A stretch of 64,000 nt of DNA from Myxococcota bacterium (GTDB lineage: Bacteria; Myxococcota_A; UBA9160; UBA4427), in NCBI GenBank assembly GCA_046583195.1, contig JAYGCV010000023.1:676-64675 (forward strand), given 5' to 3'. This document shows, piece after piece, positions 45,366 through 55,359 of this stretch. Made by a program: the position numbers and the translations under genes. The notes beneath the pieces were generated by a model that worked only from the letters and a program-made list of their open reading frames with translations, was not told where the DNA came from and did no database searches. Within the stretch, counting starts at the first letter, position 1, and each line of letters starts with the position of its first letter.

Positions 45366-45989
45366 TCAGCGGTTCGTAGCGGTTGGCAGCGGTTGGTAGC
45401 GGATCATCACGCGCGAGCCGTCGCGCTGGCCCGCGCGCATCTTGTCGCCCCAGCTGCCGATCTCCGCGGGGTACTTCCTCTCGTACTCCGACAGCAACGC
45501 TTCGAGCAGGTCCGGATCGCGGCTCACCGAGGCCCGGGCGTCGAAATGCGGCGCGCCGCGAAAGGCCTCGTTGCGGCCGAGCACGCCTTTCCAGCGCCCA
45601 TGATCGCCCACCCAGAGGCGCGCGCGATCGAGACCCCGGGCCAGTGCCCGCGCCTTCCAGCGCACGCTCGCGACGGTGGTGACCACGGCCCCATCGATCC
45701 AGGCGAACCACACCTCGCCGTGACAGGTGCTTTCTGCGCCATCGCGGCGCAGAGGCGAAACGTAGACATAGGGACTTTCGCCAAGGGCCGCGGCGAGATC
45801 CGCCGCCGGGCTGCCCTTCGCAGCCTCCGCGTGCGCCCAGCGGGCCTTCAGCCCGGCCGGCGCCAGGACGAGGCCGCCGAGAACCACCAGGCTGCGTTCG
45901 AGAAAGGCGCGACGGTCGCAACCTTCGCCCGAGGGGTTGGGAGTCAGATCCCGGAGCCCTGTTCTTGATCCTGATCGTGTAAGCCGCAT
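45366..45989 (-). CDS. Hypothetical Tat-exported protein
   Basis: Twin-arginine motif CDRRAFLERSLVVLGGLVLAPAG..AHA, then CHGEVWFAWIDGAVVTT.... Start placed at the ATG at 45989, overlapping the cysH 3' end by 46 nt. There is no ATG/GTG/TTG between the cysH stop and the RR motif. Confidence 0.5.
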   Translation of the reverse strand: MRLTRSGSRTGLRDLTPNPSGEGCDRRAFLERSLVVLGGLVLAPAGLKARWAHAEAAKGSPAADLAAALGESPYVYVSPLRRDGAESTCHGEVWFAWIDGAVVTTVASVRWKARALARGLDRARLWVGDHGRWKGVLGRNEAFRGAPHFDARASVSRDPDLLEALLSEYERKYPAEIGSWGDKMRAGQRDGSRVMIRYQPLPTATNR

Positions 45990-46720
45990 TCCCGGGTGTC
46001 CTCGTTCTCCCACCACCAACGGCCGCCGCGGGGGTCGTCGCCCGGGCGGATCGCCCGGGTGCAGGGCTCGCATCCCACCGAGGGATACCCGCTGCGGTGG
46101 AGGCGATTGACCGGCACGTCGTGTTCTCGCACATACTGCCAGACGCGATCCGAATCCCAGTCGGCCAGCGGATTCACTTTCACGATCCCGTTGTAGGAGG
46201 CATCGACGAATGCCTTCTTGGTATCGGTTCGCGTCACCGACTGGTCCCGGCGCAGGCCCGTTACGAAAGCATCGAGGTCGGCCAGCATTCGGCGCATCGG
46301 CTCGACCTTGCGGATCTCGCAGCAGAGCTTGCGATTTTCAAGGGATTCGTAGAAGAGATTCATGCCCCGACTGCGGGTCATTTCCTGGACGCGATGGGTC
46401 TCCGGGAAGAGCACCTCGACCGGTTTCGCATAGCGCTCCCGAACTTGGTCGATCAGGTCGAAGGTGGCCTGGTGGAGCCGCCCGGTGTCGAGCACGAAAA
46501 CCCGCGACGCGGGCTCGATCCGGTGCATCATATCGAGCAGCACCATGCCCTCGGGCGCGCCGAAAGAAGCCGAGAGGGCGAGTCGCGGATGGAAATTACC
46601 GACCGCCCAGGTCAAGAGTTTCTCGGCGGAGAGACCCTCGAGCGAACCCCCCGCGATCGCCTGGACGACGTCGTCGGAGTGCCGATGCGGCGGCGATGTG
46701 AACGCTTCCGTTGCAGGCAT
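45944..46720 (-). CDS. cysH: Phosphoadenosine/adenosine phosphosulfate reductase
   Basis: LALSASFGAPEGMVLLDM, VFVLDTGRLH, CCEIRKVEP and the C-terminal ECGLH motif (TRECGLHDQ). Start trimmed to the ATG at 46720. Confidence 0.85.
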   Translation of the reverse strand: MPATEAFTSPPHRHSDDVVQAIAGGSLEGLSAEKLLTWAVGNFHPRLALSASFGAPEGMVLLDMMHRIEPASRVFVLDTGRLHQATFDLIDQVRERYAKPVEVLFPETHRVQEMTRSRGMNLFYESLENRKLCCEIRKVEPMRRMLADLDAFVTGLRRDQSVTRTDTKKAFVDASYNGIVKVNPLADWDSDRVWQYVREHDVPVNRLHRSGYPSVGCEPCTRAIRPGDDPRGGRWWWENEDTRECGLHDQDQEQGSGI

Positions 46721-46799
46721 GGACTCCACGGGAGTAGGGCCCCAGGGCGTCCAGGGGCGCACGAAAATCGACAACCGCGACACTCGCACGGGTAAATCT

Positions 46800-46828
46800 T
46801 GATTACGTCACCGTAGAGAAAAGCGCAA
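46800..46828 (-). promoter_or_regulatory. Candidate sigma70-type promoter for cysH inside a 38% GC island
   Basis: Minus strand reads TTGCGC-N17-TAATCA (-35 at 46828-46823, -10 at 46805-46800), about 80 nt upstream of the cysH ATG. Pattern match by eye only. Confidence 0.3.
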
Positions 46829-46849
46829 TATCCCTACTATTTTTGTATC

Positions 46850-47410
46850 TTATAGCGACAGCCCGTCGATCACCCGGACGCCGGCAGCATCGTCAGGGAG
46901 TTTTCGAAGCAACTCTGCAAAGGAATCGCCGAGGACGGGATGACGCTCGGCGGCGGCCAGGTCGCAGAGCGGGGCCAGGACGAACCGGCGCTGGGGAAGC
47001 CGCGGATGCGGCACCTGCAGGCCCACCTCGTCCACCCGGTTGTCCCCGTAGAGCAGCAGATCGAGGTCGAGGCTGCGCGGACCGAAGCGCGGGCCCCCGC
47101 GCTCGCGACCGCCGAGTCGCTCGATTTCGAGCAGCGATTCGAGCAGCGCGCGCGCCGCGAGCCCGGTGCGAATCCGCACCACGGCATTCAGGTAGGGGCC
47201 CTGGGGAGGGCCCCCCACCGGATCGGTCTCAAAAACCCGGGAAGCGTCGACCCAGTCCGTGTGCGGGAGGTTTCGCAGCGCCGAGCACGCGACCGCCAGA
47301 TGCTGCTCGCGCTCACCGAGGTTCGAACCCAGGCCCAGCGTCGCGAGCACCCGCGCAGCCCCGTCGCCACTGCCAGTCGCCACGCACTCCTCCGATCGAT
47401 GCTCTGCCAA
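46850..47410 (-). CDS. folK: 2-amino-4-hydroxy-6-hydroxymethyldihydropteridine diphosphokinase
   Basis: LGLGSNLGEREQHL, FETDPVG, GPRSLDLDLLLYG, VPHPRLPQRRFVLAPL. Confidence 0.85.
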   Translation of the reverse strand: MAEHRSEECVATGSGDGAARVLATLGLGSNLGEREQHLAVACSALRNLPHTDWVDASRVFETDPVGGPPQGPYLNAVVRIRTGLAARALLESLLEIERLGGRERGGPRFGPRSLDLDLLLYGDNRVDEVGLQVPHPRLPQRRFVLAPLCDLAAAERHPVLGDSFAELLRKLPDDAAGVRVIDGLSL

Positions 47411-47444
47411 TCGAGACCCCGGAGGGTACAGCTACACTGGCGCG

Positions 47445-48722
47445 GTGTCGTCGACGGCCTGCCTGCCCCCGGACCTTCTAACCGCGGTTCCCGGACCGCG
47501 ATCGCTGGCGCTCGCCACGCGCCTTCGGGCGGTGGAGAGTCCGAACGTCACCTGCCTCGAGCCCGACGCTCCGATCTTCTGGGAACGCGCTCGCGGCGCG
47601 AACGTCTGGGACGTCGACGAAAATCGCTACGTCGATCTCGACGCGGCCTTCGGCGTCGCCGCAATCGGGCACGCCCACCAGCGGGTGGTCGAGGCGATTT
47701 CGGATCAGGCCGAACGATTGCTCCACGGGATGGGTGACGTTCACCCGACATCGGTTCGCACCCGACTGCTCGAGACACTCACGGCTCTCTATCCCGGCGG
47801 AGTCGCGGCGCGGGCGATCCTCGGGAGTTCGGGGTCCGATGCGGTCGAGGCCGGGCTCAAGACGGCGCTGCTCGCGACCGGACGACCCGGTATCGTCGCT
47901 TTTGAAGGGGCGTACCACGGACTCAGCCTGGGCGCGCTCGACACCACCTGGCGCAGCGAATTCCGCGAACCCTTCAGCGCACGATTACCGCGCCAGACCG
48001 CCTTCGCCCGCTTCGGCGACGCCGTCGACGCCGAGCGCAGCGGACGCGACGCCGATTTCGAGGTCGGCGCGATCCTCGTCGAGCCGGTGCAGGGGCGCGG
48101 GGGCATCCGCATCCCCGAACCGGGCTTCCTCGAAGCGCTGCGAGAAGTCTGCGATGCCAACGGCTGGCTCCTGATCGTCGACGAGATCTACACAGGCCTC
48201 GGTCGCACCGGAATCCGCTTCGCCTGCGAACACGAAGGCGTGATCCCCGACGTGCTCTGCGTCGGGAAGGCGCTCGGCGGCGGAATGCCGATTGCCGCGT
48301 GCCTCGCCCGGGCCGAGGTGATGGCCGCCTGGCCGATTTCGAGAGGCGAATCGCTCCACACCCAGACCTTTCTCGGGCACCCGGTGGGTTGCGCTGCCGC
48401 GCTCGCGGCGCTGGCCGTGATCGAAGAGGAATCGCTGGCGGACGCAGCCCGAGACAGCGGCCGTTTCGCGCTGGCCTACCTCAAAGGGCGACTCGCCGAT
48501 CACCCCGAGGTCACCGAAGTCCGCGGCAGCGGCCTGATGCTCGGAATCGAATGCCAAAGCAGCGAGCGCGTCGAGCAGGTCTGGGTCGATTCCCTAAAGC
48601 GCGGAGTCATCACGCTTCCGGCGGGCGACGACGGGCGAGTCCTTTCGCTCACGCCCCCTCTCGGCATCCCTCGGGACGGCTTCGAAGACGCTCTCGACCG
48701 CGTCTGCAGGGGCTTCTCGTGA
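47445..48722 (+). CDS. Class-III (omega) PLP aminotransferase
   Basis: GANVWDVDENRYVDLDAAFGVAAIGHAH, LIVDEIYTGLGRTG, LCVGKALGGGMP (PLP Lys), HTQTFLGHP. Start set to the GTG at 47445; the ORF-track start would be antisense to folK. Confidence 0.85.
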   Translation: MSSTACLPPDLLTAVPGPRSLALATRLRAVESPNVTCLEPDAPIFWERARGANVWDVDENRYVDLDAAFGVAAIGHAHQRVVEAISDQAERLLHGMGDVHPTSVRTRLLETLTALYPGGVAARAILGSSGSDAVEAGLKTALLATGRPGIVAFEGAYHGLSLGALDTTWRSEFREPFSARLPRQTAFARFGDAVDAERSGRDADFEVGAILVEPVQGRGGIRIPEPGFLEALREVCDANGWLLIVDEIYTGLGRTGIRFACEHEGVIPDVLCVGKALGGGMPIAACLARAEVMAAWPISRGESLHTQTFLGHPVGCAAALAALAVIEEESLADAARDSGRFALAYLKGRLADHPEVTEVRGSGLMLGIECQSSERVEQVWVDSLKRGVITLPAGDDGRVLSLTPPLGIPRDGFEDALDRVCRGFS

Positions 48723-49840
48723 CGCAAAAGACCTCGCGCGCGGCGCTCGATTCCGAGATTCTCGAATGGATGCGGGAAACCCCCTGGCAGCACGACGAAA
48801 CGCGTTTCGACTCGCTCGCGCTGCGTCTCTTCGCCCACCAATTCGAAGCCTGCGTGCCTTACGCACGCTATTGCCGGAGCCAGGGCAGCGTGCCCGGCGA
48901 GGTCGCGAGTTGGCGCGACATCCCCGCCGTCCCGACCGGGGCCTTCAAGGAGGTGCGGCTCGCCGGCTTCGACCCCGCTTCGACCTGCAAGATTTTCCGC
49001 ACGAGCGGAACCAGCAGCGCGCGCTGCGGCGAACTCCACCTCGACACCCTCGCGCTCTACGAAACCTCCCTCGAGGCCTCCTTGCGTCGCTTCGTCTTCC
49101 CCGACCTCGAGGGCGGGGAACGGATGACGATCCGGGTGTTGGCTCCCAGTGCGCAGGAAGCCCCCGACTCCTCGCTCTCGCACATGTTCGACCGCGCGCT
49201 CGAAATTTTCGGCGACGAGAGCAGCGGTCACGATCTCGAGGACACAAAGCTCTGTGTCGAAAACTTTCTCGCAGCCGTATTGCGCTCGCGCCATGCCAAC
49301 CGACCGCTGGCAATCTGCGGCACCGCCTTCGCCTTCGTCCATCTGCTCGACGAAATCGAAGAGCGCGGGAGCGCGGGCCTCGAGCTTCCGACCGGAAGCC
49401 GCATCCTTGAAACCGGAGGGTTCAAGGGGCGATCGCGTTCTATGTCTCGGCCGGATCTCCATGCGATGATCGGGGAGCGCTTCGGATTGCCGGGTTCACA
49501 CGTCCTGAATCAATACGGGATGACCGAACTCGGGAGCCAGTTTTACGACGGCCCGCTGCAGGAAGAGGGCGCTCCCCCCGGAAAACCCACTCCGCCCTGG
49601 ACCCGGGTTCGCCTGATCGACCCCGGGTCGGGAGACGACGTCGGCCCCGACCGGACGGGAATGATCGTGATCCACGACCTCCCCAACACCGGAAGCGTGG
49701 CGGCGATCCAGACCGCCGACCTGGGGCGCTTCACGGCGGGCTCTGTTGATGAGCGCTTCGAGATTCTCGGGCGCGAGCCGGGAGCCGAGGAACGCGGCTG
49801 TTCCATCGCAGCCGACAGCATGCTCGAAACCGGGACGTGA
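48719..49840 (+). CDS. LuxE-family acyl-protein synthetase (acyl-adenylate forming)
   Basis: The GTG at 48719 overlaps the aminotransferase stop (GTGA). DIPAVPTGAFKEVRL, IFRTSGTSS, ILETGGFKGRS, PPWTRVRLIDP and EERGCS parallel V. harveyi LuxE (IPVFPTSVFK, FTSSGT, GGGWK, PPW, KGC). Confidence 0.8.
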   Translation: MTQKTSRAALDSEILEWMRETPWQHDETRFDSLALRLFAHQFEACVPYARYCRSQGSVPGEVASWRDIPAVPTGAFKEVRLAGFDPASTCKIFRTSGTSSARCGELHLDTLALYETSLEASLRRFVFPDLEGGERMTIRVLAPSAQEAPDSSLSHMFDRALEIFGDESSGHDLEDTKLCVENFLAAVLRSRHANRPLAICGTAFAFVHLLDEIEERGSAGLELPTGSRILETGGFKGRSRSMSRPDLHAMIGERFGLPGSHVLNQYGMTELGSQFYDGPLQEEGAPPGKPTPPWTRVRLIDPGSGDDVGPDRTGMIVIHDLPNTGSVAAIQTADLGRFTAGSVDERFEILGREPGAEERGCSIAADSMLETGT

Positions 49841-51120
49841 GCGCCCAGGCCGCCGACATCCGGGCAGCCCAGCTCCGCCTGCAGGAAGCCGGGCAGGAAC
49901 TGCGAAGGCTTCCCGCAGCGGAGCGCATTGCGGCCCTACAGCAACTACTCGACGCACTCGCGGATCCACTCGGAGCCTTCCAGTCCGCGTGCACGGAGCA
50001 GCTCGCATCGCACGCGGGCTTTCACCCGGAGACCATCCGGGCGGGGCTACGCCTGGCGCTCGAGGACTGGAACGGCAGCGCCCTCGCAGCTCTGATCGAG
50101 AACGAAGTAGGGGACCCCGCGAACCTCGATTCGAGGGCTGCTTCACCACTGTCGGCTTTCCCCCTGACCGGCTGCATCCTCGCGGGATCGATCCCCATGC
50201 CAACGCTGCAGGCGCTGCTACTCCCGCTGCTGCTCGGATCGCCCGTGTTGGTGAAACCCGCAGGGCGCGACCGCGTGACCCCGAAGCTCTTCGCCCGAAG
50301 CCTGGCGAAGTTCCATCCCCTGCTCGCACGTTGTATCGAGATCTGCGATTTCGCATCCGACGACGCCCCGGCCATTGATGCCTTCGTCCAGCTTCCCTGC
50401 CTCGTGGCTTCGGGAAGCGACGCAACATTGGAGCGAATTCGCGAGAGAACACCCAGCGGGCAACGCTTCGTCGGTCATGGCCACCGCCTCTCGTTGGCGA
50501 TCGTCGGAGCAGACGTTGAGGCGGAAGATTGGGCGGAGCGCGCCGCCCGGGATGTCGCTCTCTGGGACCAACTCGGCTGCCTGTCGACGGCAGCGGTCTA
50601 CGCGGTGGGCGACCGCTCCCGCGTGGAAGCCGTGGCGCGTGCCCTCGCCGAGGCACTCCGCAGTCTCGAAGCGCGCTGGCCGCGCGGCCGAATCGGCGCC
50701 GGCGTAGAGGCAGCGATCCGCGATGCGCGCGACGAGGCGAGGTTCCGCGCGGCCGCCGGGCAGGAGGTGGCGCTCATGGCTCCCGACGACGACGCCTTTA
50801 CCGTGGTCCTCGAGCCAGCGAGCGACTGGCGCAGCACACCGCTACACCGATTCGTGCGGGTGTATCGGGTGGCGACCCCAGACGAGGCACGGGTGGCCCT
50901 GCTCCCGCTCGGGTCCCACCTGGCTGCGGTGTCGGTCGACGGGGTCGCGATCGACACAGCGGGCGACTCCCCCGATTTCGAAGCCAAACTCAGGGCCGCC
51001 GGCGCCTCGCGCGTGGTGGTAGCCGGTGGGATGCAGGCGCCGCCCTTCGGTTGGCACCCGGATGGGGGACCGCTGCTGGCAGGCCTCTCTCCCCGGGGCC
51101 TTCGGGGCACACGGGCTTAG
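49837..51120 (+). CDS. LuxC-family acyl-CoA/acyl-protein reductase (aldehyde forming)
   Basis: The GTG at 49837 overlaps the LuxE-like stop (GTGA). LAGSIPMPTLQALLLPLLLGSPVLVKPAG and the catalytic-Cys context LWDQLGCLSTAAVY fit the LuxC family. Confidence 0.8.
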   Translation: MSAQAADIRAAQLRLQEAGQELRRLPAAERIAALQQLLDALADPLGAFQSACTEQLASHAGFHPETIRAGLRLALEDWNGSALAALIENEVGDPANLDSRAASPLSAFPLTGCILAGSIPMPTLQALLLPLLLGSPVLVKPAGRDRVTPKLFARSLAKFHPLLARCIEICDFASDDAPAIDAFVQLPCLVASGSDATLERIRERTPSGQRFVGHGHRLSLAIVGADVEAEDWAERAARDVALWDQLGCLSTAAVYAVGDRSRVEAVARALAEALRSLEARWPRGRIGAGVEAAIRDARDEARFRAAAGQEVALMAPDDDAFTVVLEPASDWRSTPLHRFVRVYRVATPDEARVALLPLGSHLAAVSVDGVAIDTAGDSPDFEAKLRAAGASRVVVAGGMQAPPFGWHPDGGPLLAGLSPRGLRGTRA

Positions 51121-51216
51121 GCCGCCGCAAAGCGGGTTCCACCCCCGGGGGGTTTGCTCCAGAGCGCAAGGGACGGCCCCGAGGCCCGATTTAATCGGAC
51201 TGCTGTGGTACGATTA

Positions 51217-51241
51217 GTATCGGACTAGAGCAGTCCTCTAT
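51217..51241 (+). promoter_or_regulatory. IscR/Rrf2-type operator candidate upstream of the Rrf2-suf operon
   Basis: GTATCGGACTAGAGCAGTCCTCTAT contains GACT-N5-AGTC with a 3' TAT flank. By hand it matches about 17 of 25 positions of the type-1 IscR consensus ATASYYGACTRWWWYAGTCRRSTAT. A second ATCGGACTGCT half-site lies at 51194-51204. It sits about 75 nt upstream of the ATG at 51316. Confidence 0.45.
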
Positions 51242-51315
51242 ACCTCCGCTGCGACCACCGCGCGGCCCTGCCGCGCGCGCATCTTCAGCGCGGACCAGAC
51301 CCCGAGGCGTGAACG

Positions 51316-51830
51316 ATGATTCGACTCTCGAAGATCACCGACTACGGCATCGTGCTGCTGGCGCACCTCGCGCGCCACGGCGGCGACGCTCCGCACGCGG
51401 CCCGGGAGGTCGCCGCTGAAGTCGACCTGCCGCTTCCGATGGTGAGCAAGGTGCTAAAGGCCCTGGCCCGCCGCGGCCTGCTCGAATCGCAGCGGGGTCC
51501 AAAGGGCGGCTACAGCCTGGTGCGCGCGCCCGGCGAGATCAGCGTCTCCGAAATGGTGACGGCACTCGAGGGCCCGGTCGCCCTCACCGAGTGCAACCTC
51601 GGCCCGCACATCTGCGAACACGAAGCCGGCTGCCCGGTGCGCGGCCCCTGGTTTGTAATCAACCGGGTGGTCCAGCGAGCGCTGTCGCAAGTGACCCTCG
51701 CGGACCTCGCCGACCCGTGTTTCAGCGCCAGCACCTCGCCTCTCGAAATCCTCGGGCGCGACCCGGTCTTTGAACCCGGTGCCCGTAGTCAGCCGCAGCA
51801 CGTCGCATCGGCCCGACTGGACACCTCTCA

Positions 51831-51834
<4 letters not shown>
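51316..51834 (+). CDS. Rrf2-family transcriptional regulator (IscR/SufR-like, Cys-containing)
   Basis: [19 protein letters not shown] (Rrf2 wHTH), GPKGGYSL, Cys cluster C-N6-C-N5-C ([15 protein letters not shown]). Confidence 0.85.
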
Positions 51835-53290
<1,456 letters not shown>

Positions 53291-53294
<4 letters not shown>

Positions 53295-54064
53295 CGACGC
53301 CGCTGCTCGAACTCCGCGACGTCCATGCGAACGCCGGAGAGACCCCGATCCTGAAGGGCGTGAACCTCACGCTGCACGCCGGCGAAGTCCACGCGCTGAT
53401 GGGCCCCAACGGCTCCGGCAAGAGCACACTCGCCAGCGTTCTCTGCGGGCGCCCCTCCTTCTCGGTAACGAGCGGCGAGATCCTCTTCGAGGGCAAGGAC
53501 CTGCTGGCGCTGCAGCCGGAGATTCGCGCCCGGGAGGGCATCTTCATGGCCTTCCAGTACCCCGTCGAGATTCCCGGAGTGCCGAACAACCACTTCCTGC
53601 GCACGGCACTAAATGCCATCCGCCGGCATCAGGGCCAACCCGAACTCGACGCCTTCGACTTTCTGGCCCTCTGCCGCGAGAAGATGGCGCAGGTCGAGAT
53701 GCCCGAAGATCTGATGAAGCGGTCGATCAACGAGGGCTTCTCCGGCGGGGAGAAGAAGCGCAACGAAGTGCTCCAGATGCTGCTGCTCGAGCCGAAGCTC
53801 GCCGTGCTCGACGAAACCGACTCGGGTCTCGACATCGACGCCCTGCGCTGCGTGGCCGAGGGAGTGAATTCGCTGCGCTCCCCCGAACGGGGAATGCTCG
53901 TGATCACCCACTACCAGCGTCTCCTCGATTCGATCATTCCCGACGTCGTCCACGTCCTCTCCGACGGTCGGATCGTGCGCAGCGGCGACCGCTCGCTCGC
54001 CCTTGAGCTCGAAGAGAAGGGCTACGGCTGGCTCGAAGAGGCAGCCGGGGCGGCGCCCGCATGA
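53291..54064 (+). CDS. sufC: Fe-S cluster assembly ATPase SufC
   Basis: Walker [13 protein letters not shown] signature [10 protein letters not shown], Walker [17 protein letters not shown] overlap with sufB. Confidence 0.95.
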
Positions 54065-55359
54065 GCACCCTCGGTTTCCGGGAAGCCTTCGAGGCGCTGG
54101 TGCCGGATGCGGCAGCGCCCGCCTGGCTGGGGGACCTGCGCCGGGAAGCGTTCCAGCACTTCGAGGCGGCGGGCTTTCCGACCCGGCGCCAGGAGGCCTG
54201 GCGCTATACCAACGTCTCCGCCATCGCCGAGACCACCTTCGAACTCGGCAGCGATGCAGGGGAAGACGCCTCCGTCACTCGCGCAGTCAACGGCGCGGCA
54301 TTCGGCGAAACCGCAGCGACCCTCGTGTTCGTCGACGGCCGCTTCGCCCCCGATCTTTCCCGAACACTCCCCGAAGTGGCGACGAGTCTCTCCGTCTCGT
54401 GGGCGGGCGGATCCACGGGGCGCCCCGGCCCGCTCGGCGAACTCGTCGACCCCAAGCTGCACCCCTTTGCAGCGCTGAACACCGCTTTCCTTTGCGACGC
54501 AGCCCGGATCGAAGTGCCCCAGAACGTCACCCTCGAAAAGCCGATCCACCTGATTTTTGTGGCGACCCCCGGAGCCCGGCGCGTGCACCATCCGCGAATC
54601 CTGGTGGGCGCGCGGGCATCGAGTCGGGCCACCGTGGTGGCCGATTTCGTCTCGGCGAGCCCGGAGGTCTCCTTCTGCAACGCCGTCACCGAGATCGAAG
54701 TGGGCCCGGGTGCAAACCTCGATTTCGTTCTCTGCCAGCGCGAGACGAGCCCGACCTTTCACGTTTCCAACCTCGCCGCGAGGGTTGATCGGGACGCGCG
54801 CCTCGCGACCCACACCCTCTGCCTGGGCGGGAACCTGGTGCGAAACGATCTTCAGGTTCGGCTCGTCGCCGAGGGAGCCGAGTGCCGGATGAACGGCCTG
54901 TACCTGGGGACGGATCGCGAGAGGATCGACAACTACACCGAGGTCTGTCACGAAGCCCCGCACGGAACGAGTGCCGAACTCTACAAGGGGATTCTCGCGG
55001 GTTCCTCGCACGGGGTCTTCCGCGGTCGGGTGATCGTTGCCCCGGATGCCCAGAAGACCGACGCCCGGCAGCAGAACCCGAACCTCCTGCTCGGCGCGGG
55101 CGCCGAGGTCAACAGCCGCCCGCAGCTCGAGATTCGCGCGGACGACGTAAAGTGCAGCCACGGCTCGACCGTCGGTCGGCTCGACGAAGAAGCGATCTTC
55201 TACCTGCGCTCGCGCGGCGTCGGAACCGAACACGCGCGCACGATGCTGGGCCAGGCCTTTGCCGCCGAAATCGTCGATGCCGTCCCCGACCAGGGCTTGC
55301 GGGACGCCCTGCTTGCCTTGATCACCGCGCGCCTCTGGACGACTGGCGAAGCGTCGTGA
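54061..55359 (+). CDS. sufD: Fe-S cluster assembly protein SufD
   Basis: EAWRYTN..., C-terminal beta-helix region (QQNPNLLL...PQLEIRADDVKCSHGSTVG.LDEEAIFYL.SRG). ATGA overlap with sufC. Confidence 0.9.
   Translation: MSTLGFREAFEALVPDAAAPAWLGDLRREAFQHFEAAGFPTRRQEAWRYTNVSAIAETTFELGSDAGEDASVTRAVNGAAFGETAATLVFVDGRFAPDLSRTLPEVATSLSVSWAGGSTGRPGPLGELVDPKLHPFAALNTAFLCDAARIEVPQNVTLEKPIHLIFVATPGARRVHHPRILVGARASSRATVVADFVSASPEVSFCNAVTEIEVGPGANLDFVLCQRETSPTFHVSNLAARVDRDARLATHTLCLGGNLVRNDLQVRLVAEGAECRMNGLYLGTDRERIDNYTEVCHEAPHGTSAELYKGILAGSSHGVFRGRVIVAPDAQKTDARQQNPNLLLGAGAEVNSRPQLEIRADDVKCSHGSTVGRLDEEAIFYLRSRGVGTEHARTMLGQAFAAEIVDAVPDQGLRDALLALITARLWTTGEAS

Noticed and set aside
51121-51190. CCCCCGGGGGG palindrome after the LuxC-like stop, as a terminator
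   Set aside because: The stem has essentially no loop and no clear U-tract, so it is too weak to call.
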